Shown here piece by piece: positions 61,301 through 64,000 of a stretch of 64,000 nucleotides of DNA. The stretch is from Microgenomates group bacterium GW2011_GWF2_46_18 (GTDB lineage: Bacteria; Patescibacteriota; Microgenomatia; UBA1400; UBA12108). The translations under genes and the position numbers were made by a program. The notes under the pieces are model-generated. The model was given only the letters and a program-made list of their open reading frames with translations, was not told the origin of the DNA and did no database searches. Location: contig LCMB01000004.1 of NCBI GenBank assembly GCA_001002415.1, forward strand, positions 13 to 64,012. Direction: 5' to 3'. Within the stretch, counting starts at the first letter, position 1. Every line of letters begins with the position of its first letter.

Positions 61301-64000
61301 GATTACTCACATCTGAGTTAACGGTGGCTAGATTAAGCGCGAGGGTTTCGGGAGTCTTGGAGATAGAGTTGACAGTCAAGAGGGATTGGCCGGTGTCACT
61401 GATTTGGCATTTACCATTTTCACAAGCTAGATAGTCGTTGTCACAGCTACCGGAGCCGATGTGAAACCAAGTAGGGCGATAACAGTCTTGGTTGAGACCA
61501 CCACTAGATGGGTCGGTATTACTGGGTGGGAGATTGGCAATGGCCTGACCATAGGCTTGGTTTAAGGAATCACCTGATAGTTGCTGACAGGAATACTTTT
61601 TGGTCTGGTCGGAGTAGGCACAGATTCCACCACTGCCGCAGGATGAGTCACACAAAGAGGAAGTGGTTTGGTTGAGTTGGGAAACATAAGCTTCATTAGA
61701 GTAACTTCTCCCGAGAGTATTGTAATGATCGTTATATGTGATAATTTTGTTGATACTCTCACTGTCGGCTCCCTTTGCGATCCTGTCTTCAATGAGAGCG
61801 GTGGTAGCGTAGGAGCGATTGGCATTGACATCGACTTCACAGCGGCCATATTCGAATCCTGCACCGGTAAAGTTGGTGTCGCCGCCCTGGCAAGAGGTAC
61901 CGGTGGCACAGGCAGAAGTGGCATTTGTGTCTTTAAACAAGGCATCTTGATTTTCGGCATCGAGACAACAGACTTCGCCGAAACCGCCACAGGGTTCGGG
62001 AGCACTAAAGACAGAGAGTTTGCGGGTGCCGAGACTAGCCGGAGCATGAGTTGTGGGATCGAGAGTGACATTATTGAGGTGATCATAATCAACTTTGACG
62101 ATGTGGCCATTTTCGTCGACAGCACAGTCGGTGTCCCAGTCCTGGAATTTGTGACGGCAAGTGTTGAGTTGGTTGTAGAGAAGGTCATTTGCATTTTGAA
62201 TATCATTAATTTGAGCAGAAATTTCGGGATCAGTTAAAGCTAAGCTAGAGGCGGCATAATCGCTGAGACCTTGACTGGTATCACAGTCGTTGATGGGGGT
62301 ATCGTTATCCTTGCGGTAGGCAGTGGTGTTCTCGCGGAGACAATCTTGTTTGATGGCTGATTTTTCGAGTGTGGTGCCGTTATTTAAGGCAACGTTAAAG
62401 TAGGTCTGGTCTTCTTTGGTGGCATTGGCGTCTTGGAGGAGTTTACCGGAGGGATCATAGACTTGTAATTGATCTTGGGCAAAGGTGAGAAGAGTGGAAT
62501 CAGAACAGCTGGCCTTTTTTTCGGCTTGACAGAGAGCTTGTATGTCTTTTTTGGCGGCGGGATCATCGGGATTGAGGTAGAAAGTATAGACTACGTTTAT
62601 TTCTTCTTGGATTTTGGCAGTTTCGGCGATGGATTTTTGGGCTTGAGAGTAGGCAGTCGGGTCAACGGTTTGGAGGGTACTAAGAGCAAAGGTAGAAAGT
62701 TCGGCGTCGGTACAAGGGTGACCGAGTTTAGTTTGACAGTCTTTGGCGAGGGTGGCGGTGGTGGCTGGGTCGGCACGACCAGTGGCAATATCAAAAAGTT
62801 TGATAACTTCTTGTTGGTGAGTAACTTGGGCGGCATAGGTAGGGTCTGCTTGAGAAAGCCAACCGGTAGCGAAAGTGGTGAGACCAGACCCAGTACAATT
62901 AGTTTGACCGTATGATTTACAGAGATCGGTCATGAGGGCAAGGTTGGCGGCAGAAGAGCCGCTGTCGGTACCCATGAGGAAGTCACCGACATTATTTACA
63001 GAGACAGGAATAGCGACCATACTACCGTTTTTGCAGACCTGAGTGCCATCTGCCCCAGAGACAGCACGGCCGGCAGGCAGTTGGTAGCCGCCGCCCATCA
63101 CGCAAGTGGCTTTACTTGGGTCGCCGGTTGTCATGTAGCCAGCTTTAACGGTAGGGGTGGTACAGTCGGTAACTCCGGGAGTGTCAGCCCGATTGGCGTC
63201 GTTACAAGGTACGAATTCACCGTCTTTGCAGATCTTGACGGCAGTGCCATCGATGTTGGCGCCACCCAAAGCTGATTCGCCATGGGGGACGGTCACATAG
63301 ACCATGGCTCCAGAGCTATTGGTATAGCTGGTACTACAGGCGTCCGTGCCACCGCTAATTAGGGCGGGAGCGGCGGATGTTTCATCTGTTTTGATATCTT
63401 CTGTAATACTAGTTTCAGTTTTGACATAGTCGGGGAGAGTGTAGTTGGCAGGATCAACCCATTTTCCGTCGTGACACTTTTTCCCGTCGGCGCGGACAGT
63501 GCCATCACCGACGGTGACATAGGTACTACCTTCTTTGACACTACAGTTTTGGCGGCGTTTACCACCTTCCTCGTTCTCGGCGGTACCTGGCGGGGGAGCA
63601 ACGACGTTGGCACCTGTTTCATGGAGCTTTTTACAAGTTCCGCTGTCAACCCAAGTTCCGTTACGGCATTGCCAGCAGAGGTAGTCGCCGTTTTTGTCGA
63701 CTCCGCCAGAGTAGGCGTATTGACCATCTTTGACTTTGACGTCTTTGCTGCCGCCTTCACAGGAGGCACCGGTGGTAGTGGTAGTAGAGGTGGAGGTAGT
63801 AGAGGTGGGGGGTTTGGGTGGCTTTCGCGGAGGTTTATCATCGCTGGGTTTTTTGGGGGGAGTAGAGGTGTTGGTTGTGGTAGAACTGTCTTTGACACAG
63901 CCTTTACCATCGTACCAAGTGTAGCCAGTTTTGCAGGATTCATCATCGATAATTTTGTTAATAGAGAGTGGTTGAAAGAGGTTAAGTTGGGAAAAGCGGG
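43305..64000 (-). CDS. Giant multidomain protein, at least 6,898 codons, with the N-terminus beyond the right window edge
   Basis: The track gives a 6,666-aa ORF. My hand translation of 63306-63998 in the same frame found no stop and no ATG/GTG/TTG, and it continues the same Cys-containing module pattern. The gene is therefore 5'-truncated by the window edge. Confidence 0.9.
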   Translation of the reverse strand, partial: RFSQLNLFQPLSINKIIDDESCKTGYTWYDGKGCVKDSSTTTNTSTPPKKPSDDKPPRKPPKPPTSTTSTSTTTTTGASCEGGSKDVKVKDGQYAYSGGVDKNGDYLCWQCRNGTWVDSGTCKKLHETGANVVAPPPGTAENEEGGKRRQNCSVKEGSTYVTVGDGTVRADGKKCHDGKWVDPANYTLPDYVKTETSITEDIKTDETSAAPALISGGTDACSTSYTNSSGAMVYVTVPHGESALGGANIDGTAVKICKDGEFVPCNDANRADTPGVTDCTTPTVKAGYMTTGDPSKATCVMGGGYQLPAGRAVSGADGTQVCKNGSMVAIPVSVNNVGDFLMGTDSGSSAANLALMTDLCKSYGQTNCTGSGLTTFATGWLSQADPTYAAQVTHQQEVIKLFDIATGRADPATTATLAKDCQTKLGHPCTDAELSTFALSTLQTVDPTAYSQAQKSIAETAKIQEEINVVYTFYLNPDDPAAKKDIQALCQAEKKASCSDSTLLTFAQDQLQVYDPSGKLLQDANATKEDQTYFNVALNNGTTLEKSAIKQDCLRENTTAYRKDNDTPINDCDTSQGLSDYAASSLALTDPEISAQINDIQNANDLLYNQLNTCRHKFQDWDTDCAVDENGHIVKVDYDHLNNVTLDPTTHAPASLGTRKLSVFSAPEPCGGFGEVCCLDAENQDALFKDTNATSACATGTSCQGGDTNFTGAGFEYGRCEVDVNANRSYATTALIEDRIAKGADSESINKIITYNDHYNTLGRSYSNEAYVSQLNQTTSSLCDSSCGSGGICAYSDQTKKYSCQQLSGDSLNQAYGQAIANLPPSNTDPSSGGLNQDCYRPTWFHIGSGSCDNDYLACENGKCQISDTGQSLLTVNSISKTPETLALNLATVNSDVSNLATYISTTPSLAATGCNQSYSTYKQNGSCWICWDSGVSSIQAAPDPSYCDNPQMASTLPGKSCAESGGYCSNSDLSSSNGYALDSGAKDCPPGMSCHIKNTNYQSTLIDKVNDIETSWINEPCFEDEQSNLTYTGEKRSCYQDLQCVNNKCVTPISAAFLPQFQEGLIAHDLRTNPVINAIPLGNFLVDHIVAPITAAIDPRYYQASSIQADIAHGLVNNAMAVPEIKMELPENFILNTLETISGDAKVLYGVNTLDDINSGSSPNVGGSFIYKTLAGLSLFTGAWTERYVPMGFRSGADIPAGAPIDNAFYGYASTWANDDASFGEKLLATSNFGIEISFTVGDFLTLGTESLFTKGSALARSSAIKVAGKTATDTVGEKILLGVSKTLSAPKVWGGAIEKSIGRGLTQVFADTGISAGSRFLTSKLVTGVAQIGTGLGLSGISNTYAAKWVAQGVGTLASTIGIKNNDTIITKIVKDAGLTADNILAKNTPDLFNSALTAGFKGTPEEFAATLSQKVIQNSPTSLINPLKSSDSLQTPVLKDLQAGVALSDTAQANLILDLSATHGLPPDDLKSILHILDFAEKSGITLTDDTITPFVKTFTDLSSSFVSNGPFSRSAIETLAGNNNLSESLTRQLTLALETSRSPLIMPITRSLNPLEPSTFLKPQEVVTESNLIARLQESGLSTAQAANLSATILHNTSGGLPPASKLANITPPPKTTPSTTSLSDAFDQKEVKRVRLSSQDNLSRVERTWDSTARSRSSGEMYRLSSTNITDPIRLQQVESFNKLLDDFEGAVGYHLYPEQVDTLLSSDVISQLKKLDGTSLAGKTDAVTRILSVKEPRSLSLFKSATEAQDFVNTQVLSDSGRKFYSGQNANVIYLDNQRGFLSVDLTSPHFDLKSAQALSPEETLRLLNASTTNPNSSRLVFVSDRPSATWTRLGGNTDPSASWFDRLRGRGNPTQNGQIMQQITQGKHGSFLVIPDEIGDDIMGNFAISGSGKALSQVTDPKLLGGLKTGRDAVSIFTDISEGGTHKKLIDARLTELKEGYNESSLFRTVGPNQVVPKDTLTHANSLAEIIDQSLRKTNSTNTQLGEELSSLAAKLQDPKTSETAIGELDGILSKASSNTNLARRENNLLTNLSFRKTNLQDDWVQLNRRVGTDFSQEGNDLVLRKARSTTGERLSSTSQLITFYGHGPDMLEAYRPYLLEGADLIDPSRLPKLSQIEISPHQSQMQVVDLYREMQNAGHTLRGFDATPDTAAHLLGVNVTSIATLPAPTKFVNNADRDFLAKSIATNRKLNYAHQASAIGFPSSNADMAADLQAIVKAAEKEGVPYKTVIVAQYAQKPNGEMIEEYLQYSVKDGKIDYAGRIKLDDGKAWNDSIQKILAGNDPNVKPNDLLIGYLGRERAVDLKVTANHGKIRWSNFVDGTGSSAPTSEQMEQLIRRNRLVADPNNLSRLSEADQAFAQEFDLYLRSTATDLTPNNVMTDYFQKNHYQHLSNMRLDDLTRNLARAPEQALDSLDNIGKSLGLSPQDTKKLAALRTQLNSKASQFNGLMNSSISREPLEGDRLYAEIYRRADASNRQILSYADQITRTLNLSDSNQKLLRQALHIDQPLPPLGDFLAELARPTKRLTPAASFGPADQLMAFAQSNSTHPSSLAQYRAATSQYLATTAPPAAAAPRALTPTTPSSIGSRLSQFFRNLSDSFSSLRLPSFNSGNLTANLPNLSRTTNNLAFAARQEQLFNPTTLTFPRGVDLATGKFNLGTYLTSFVLPTSSWHALNRTLSDLQSGTLTTDEAVAQIADLPLPTERVKLITNATYTTYPTPTTPAINTELPYESQISQFLTGYPIQDTQKLINKLLEDQTKILADTKLLAPELRRTNPQKYLDTIRSVAAQHNIPIKSFDEIPDQFKNDIPATNAFYDDAWGTNTVYVKNPSSLDPTELGKLAHETVHALDYRLHPELSIEVKEYRAYISEYNLNSLVTDSLEEAQKTLTFIFGDKSIAGSVRGYLNQNNITKMPWENTTRQSPNSPTPPQTPITPQAQPPSPPINPHAVASTPNTDRWLTYLQNQITQYAEPIPQDYPRLIDRLNRLQKAGIDLEDIDPTDPVANFFDSNKLEDAITSAETINAEKIKTIPLSPAPTATNPLTTLSNQALQAGMNLGDVMVTRFNQILEETAWGEVIIERNHAAIMTYLEQGRFLNPAVDVSQEELVEITDTSIDEEFANILSGKVHSKDLPTQLSNPSILSLKLLELQLHSASFDQEGSNIILQRDSSLLMLDQSQRHGIYREGQYSSGVELFIPGEQPLTRIHSHPVGTLEQNAIESRGQNIDPELLNRIGDLPSTTDLTFLLQKGSPEKDFSCNSIIVVGPNTTTLIARTPETPAFIEYDQNERHKLLEELEALGSPDGDIISQQASKIRDILNKYHLVAYSIPLNPDTPFSSWERINTPQVNPATVSFQTTTSPLHRNTYLSGNEFNTTNSKQSNLFLQTFSDFILSGGDYDYLSPTVPATILSIPPGTPSQTIITINGVTQPLSEFASVNTDDLYIGLKYGDVLTFGNLTIQFPANPPSNQEEFILSWTIQNNDPNDLSSQLSNISLLNNTEKKAALTQFKENLSTRYQQLQSLYQNINLIISQQPTISRNELLNLTLIKAKETNLSTFEINNFLYGINALYNDQIDVVSLLKTYPDPKLLWKYIFGFLPQGEIKVITSYGKLTLHSSNSEDFAKAYAKQFNILNPRLTDISESYGGFHARIGRYSVSVLNMETYNTVDVLKHESQHAQFSTLTPTLRTNQLSPIEQSRLKSIEAEIIQLAQSPFSETSSFDTLTTTFPFTPGNLQYFQKFLDFYQEDYTGIITTTNNQITVTLTLLKGKTWGPLFDYLSVEEGDANFNFLPEVTTRLENLIAEYIFLQRKSGEYQIANELLAQIAGETNPDWPTAFESMFYYLSRINGGYDFLYDKTMENVFPESSILSQLEQNVSSNPNIITKTPQTSLFALLLHQATIDSFRKYYYSRQSITIPSSSGPITKIINPTQYNLVNNGLNAYKTIRDLGYSQESTLLLLQSVRLAHWPNLARRLASLSPFPISETTPQDSTNPLPTLTTQLSDIGLKAGLVITSQVDQLVSPSITAPSIPTDLPETITLLPTGTISISQLHPHEFGYFPDAVAALTELLSQGTHIDPIEITLYNGKVYTFDGANRVMTALKQGKTDIEYIFTPFDQLPRNKQINIRSIEQTGYNVIDVAVPTKYNDSFPQHTIQYNFSKIRPADNTPTPLTNEIMASSPIFDNFMARLNSLDIREEHLEEIRASLSQKSNIEEFIHELDQLISYLESIDLGTYSIGVTIKNLSYSDSLTNVLPKLKRTWETIESLENIASNRKIQHFDYFLRFRVVGDNLSKLITFYNDTIELLKNQNVDSEYILMALDKTSNEIEQYQADLRDIDKYLGESSDLPNNIRLKTKFSATMTPKDQGAYFQSRKNSIFNKYLKYLNNDFGDHLLRKLTPNDQLILQEILSKTQEALISLGIDPALMPFPNQFIFADLTPQFLDRNRQKYVEKRIGGGETDAYGTTIEINLPTDMGLLDQQAQAIIIHEISHFITKKVIQFNPNPRKNTYDLIQSGFMKYVNNRELKGAGEEAMADLFAAYVMHNSGITFATPYELDNAFMLSMIETIRDRSSMSALEAFKRLFVAKTELDYSVFKDLVSIFGNDFVRTLNTTLEPTYNRDATDEQKAEIIRQLAKLGGFESRFMELYSAHQNGKIIDISDIIPEINVRIVNRDISIDTQTTPQTALDSFLGRTAGIIANPEDTNWLNNLIERLISVFRSPNSTFPFSSSALSQVSSTLSQDVVPLDDNSELIFYRTGSALSHYQPAIDISAALNQTPDPLNLLAKLYQSPSLEDALTLIKTTLREHGVEIVTNPLDEQYHNLVSPDSFNKNINDASSSLANFYADGTMRITDDNGTEYGFTPNDSIPRSYIFLHPEFSTLPLPLQLKTLAHETGHFLEEMVLPGKSETIDNISGTIHPSSEYLSSLYGAHAALVNINFGIDPQNSGLAGQLILNDKILGHPLNYLTVPPQPILPKLTSNFTQYQPLPISETTPQTALNTSLDRTIDAIDTSSGTDLPLIINSNKTIIVGEQHVKNSLDPKSELDFKNGLDQSQIIVVEFESIKGNPYSQASSEKRFMQTAQEHAINTNKELIILNNEISDRYKLWLDSKIDISRADFAFMFGIHILQNDLANNLPLEESRRKILELYTNYFLGDSGYANQLTNAVFDSIFASTEIDEAKEISTLVLNFVKLDALARENFYQSRIKQVRDANPDKNILAVVGKSHALPISNTLTDGSLTIINTQLQDEINSVLLKIKQRIKFDQITSQVTPQTALDTLLGRTIGISAFPDFSNLKDFGKNLGTKFLNSAPIRTIQPADNSSPQSPTAPSLSTRAHTWMSDRYQNYKLNQWKNRLGDVLTAEQKDEVINTLKAKPNGDKLIRILVSPRSPQKYLTNYSFNDSNIITALIDVVTLANTIQTVQPTIDTQGLLNELLNGYSGIDFTKISPYSSQLASIVLGKNAYGVSQLFKALSNPDLDLSTTIPPLIKLSQILADTGSTDTWDLTNLIGEKPTQSTLDLLVANSSTLEQILRTIPTKNIWTKVIDDAFLFPALNSLTNQANATDHFSNLSLYIDELVKTSRTFNKRFRSHYSGEVLVAGLKSSDLTTYLHRLQNLTSPQHNRTLSIFNAIYNLGNTNPANKPADYLDDRVVETLRVLTLNDNVDNTLNFLDTITQQANNLPLAKDSFEKQVYLLETLKIINLNNFAPDRIFWIVNLLKEEPNLSRFMIYPQALKVWATMDNDEQFTAWFESLKNSSNTLSVLELSAQDPTLATETLEAARKLETEFEVNVPELIEKKYTQRQIIQLALNLTTLSTNLLTSFSPLTQNLIIEAIIKDSHSLAISQIISSQQSEFSLFFKDTDDLNKIESKIALFSEYSNSPESLLEINHVILANIYQKYQLNPAQIPLNLPLTTTIALENLLARLPQPVSSIDKFDPEIKQYLQALFPKLNNNQIDTIIRTINFVANPLTLLTLTSYNQSYGQFILDHDTDTTLITNVLGLVVHKYQDRPEQIFSQAQLVFDFFNQSPAILQDIDYLGIIVDHLGTTFDWSNLASLLSNNTVSKVNLVDLESIPQALEIVSQYHSSSIPTSPISAVAHLAGYMIDHNQIEAAYKLFDSHMGEKNFSTEEFLTFLPPEQVKFWTSIINSSGIKQYLIEEQVNGYQYYQQRFLQEDSDSAIKALIISDLTTSDKTYAARQFFPFELMNRYRNIFDLLPPTVQQFWRTFYYHNSFASENVFPHGTAYSDFLTYYQNLNPDQIIALILTKRTPSLSWPATQLWNLFEGDINDNVITHISDPTIRRYWAIISQSPTTRDFLLSLDWNYFAQELVNLTPEEIHLISQSPVYLPDNPLNQDEIAQLLNFREQLLSHQYRLLDIKQSTLNKLFNSSDPDENGSRFGQFMNWIHLNTVDSRTRTPLGLMSWRIYQQILKGKPFTNPIEFINLCGRVNDHITQQLRELTEDNFSPPLNYRVSLGSEIEVVNNGLQRTGLFSLEDYIELKRLQNQHKTTGSASLDLMESAMDKLTLTYYQQIKQAVQEYQQDTKYLDSLQVGKGLDGTHEFANYPVADYRLLIWEISELEQLGFLSLHPQILQWIGERGIHITISGEKGISLDENSILLQNSLLGTGYAATPLNGQGGIQDVEEKELANTVTVSGKELTINYSISRGMFIRERPGVPDIFTQKYVNNVEFRVNSLSSLTNLEKTFKAYNRLSIPLMTYQRYKSLINEKQLLQNINDFIDDPSLIETILADDYNGFLLPEIQNPLDRKLILIWAYYRVKSIYGFEKYQRSGILPSPLNKPSSKQLILMEAELGQIFPTTEEGSSRLLEDAYASYHNPPPKNTLPWFMQNLVNETISAVERSFKNISTTTSPDFIQQLTALGKSLAEPIQQFIETQTSQTSYLD
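43880..44620 (-). other. C-terminal amidoligase-like (glutamine-synthetase/GCS2-like COOH-NH2 ligase) region
   Basis: 'RVSLGSEIEVV', then 'GERGIHITISG', then 'NNVEFRVNS'. This matches the E.E...H.H...E.R spacing pattern I associate with the Amidoligase_2 family. Confidence 0.4.
48160..48218 (-). repeat. Giant-protein linker motif copy L5 ('DQITSQVTPQTALDTLLGRT')
   Basis: See L3. Confidence 0.7.
48300..48960 (-). other. Tiki/ChaN/TraB-like region of the giant protein
   Basis: The module begins 'TIIVGEQHVKN' and ends 'ILAVVGKSHALPI'. This resembles the paired GxxH / (V)G..H motifs of the Tiki/ChaN/erythromycin-esterase superfamily. Confidence 0.3.
48991..49055 (-). repeat. Giant-protein linker motif copy L4 ('PLPISETTPQTALNTSLDRT')
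   Basis: See L2 and L3. This copy combines both halves of the motif. Confidence 0.7.
49317..49331 (-). other. HExxH motif 4 (HETGH, track aa 4659-4663)
   Basis: The reverse complement reads 'LKTLAHETGHFLEEM', in frame. Confidence 0.5.
49924..49975 (-). repeat. Giant-protein linker motif copy L3 ('IDTQTTPQTALDSFLGRT')
   Basis: It shares GTCGAGGGCGGTTTGGGG with L5 and the 'TPQTAL' peptide with L4 and L5. Confidence 0.7.
50529..50543 (-). other. HExxH motif 3 (HEISH, track aa 4255-4259)
   Basis: The reverse complement reads 'AIIIHEISHFITKK', in frame. Confidence 0.5.
51664..51866 (-). other. ParB/sulfiredoxin-like domain of the giant protein
   Basis: 'ISISQLHPHEF..AVAALTELLSQGTHIDPIEITLYNGKVYTFDGANRVMTALKQGKTDIEYIF' follows the ParB N-terminal-domain pattern (..P..v....y.v.DG.hR..A....g...i). 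Confidence 0.5.
52020..52061 (-). repeat. Giant-protein linker motif copy L2 ('PFPISETTPQ..')
   Basis: The 26-nt core TTGGGGGGTGGTTTCGGAAATGGGGA (52032-52057) is identical to 49020-49045. Confidence 0.7.
52965..52979 (-). other. HExxH motif 2 (HESQH, track aa 3443-3447)
   Basis: The reverse complement reads 'VLKHESQHAQFS', in frame. Confidence 0.5.
54163..54445 (-). other. JAB/MPN-like region of the giant protein
   Basis: 'GIYREGQ..LTRIHSHPVGT..(insert)..LPSTTDLTFL..NSIIVVGP' resembles the JAMM pattern E..HxH..S..D. The spacer between H-x-H and S-x-x-D is unusually long. Confidence 0.35.
55440..55454 (-). other. HExxH motif 1 of the giant protein (HETVH, track aa 2618-2622)
   Basis: The reverse complement reads 'GKLAHETVHALDYRLHPE', in frame. 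Confidence 0.5.
62211..62933 (-). repeat. Four tandem ~55-60-aa protein repeats in the giant protein (track aa ~125-365)
   Basis: The pattern C-x6-8-C-(T/S)-x3-L-(T/S)-(T/D)-(F/Y)-A..L..(A/V/T)DP recurs four times: 'LCKSYGQTNCTGSGLTTFATGWLSQADP', 'DCQTKLGHPCTDAELSTFALSTLQTVDP', 'LCQAEKKASCSDSTLLTFAQDQLQVYDP' and '..DCDTSQGLSDYAASSLALTDP'. Confidence 0.6.

Noticed and set aside
44211-63275. About 40 short + strand ORFs lying within the giant gene interval, for example 56017..56478 and 61668..62237.
   Set aside because: All are antisense to a continuous 20.7-kb reading frame and have biased Gly/Arg/Val-rich composition typical of shadow frames.
63303-63305. ATG taken by the ORF track as the start of the 6,666-aa protein.
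   Set aside because: There is no stop upstream in this frame up to base 64000 and no RBS or promoter context here. This is simply the first Met codon in the part of the frame visible in the window.
63359-63946. A 195-aa minus-strand ORF from the track ('MMNPAKLATLGTMVKAV..PPLLPPPLLPLPPVPP..').
   Set aside because: It is in a different frame from the giant gene and has low-complexity Pro/Lys/Thr composition. The giant gene's own frame is open across the whole interval and encodes sequence that continues its Cys-rich modules. The 195-aa ORF is therefore an overlapping-frame shadow.
1-64000. A search for tRNA, rRNA, tmRNA, RNase P RNA and SRP RNA signatures (T-arm GGTTCGAATCC-like boxes, GAGGAAAGTCC, CCACCA tails).
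   Set aside because: I saw no convincing match by eye in any intergenic region. An Infernal or tRNAscan run would be needed to be definitive.

Overview
The window is a gene-dense, small-protein bacterial locus that uses TGA as a stop codon. It resembles a reduced-genome, CPR/Patescibacteria-like organism, because it carries an ATP-dependent DNA ligase, an archaeal-type NMN adenylyltransferase and a standalone trpB. That taxonomic placement is inference only. From 1 to 42.8 kb nearly all genes are on the + strand. They include housekeeping and DNA-processing genes (dprA fragment, comM, yraN, ftsH, 5'-3' exonuclease, mutM, recF, ligase, mnmA, rpsA, radA, prs, rho), a trpB-trpS operon behind a T-box leader, a MazF-type TA pair, a Fic gene, an envelope thiol-redox cluster with a CsoR-family regulator, a 7TM/ATP-grasp pair, and several secreted or Cys-rich orphan proteins. 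From 43.3 kb to the right edge there is a single giant minus-strand gene. Its reading frame stays open past the ORF-track start to base 64000, giving at least 6,898 codons with the N-terminus outside the window. By motif reading, the giant protein contains four HExxH modules and ParB-like, JAB-like, Tiki/ChaN-like and C-terminal amidoligase-like regions, separated by a repeated 'TPQTALD..L.RT' linker. Three further signals are not explained by ordinary annotation. First, a dispersed GGAAnnA heptad-array family has 12 copies, 8 of them in-frame inside conserved genes and reading ELGIRKEE. Second, a ~100-nt structured repeat with compensatory substitutions lies downstream of comM and radA. Third, -10 boxes sit 6-8 nt upstream of many start codons, which suggests leaderless mRNAs. 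I found no rRNA, tRNA or CRISPR array.
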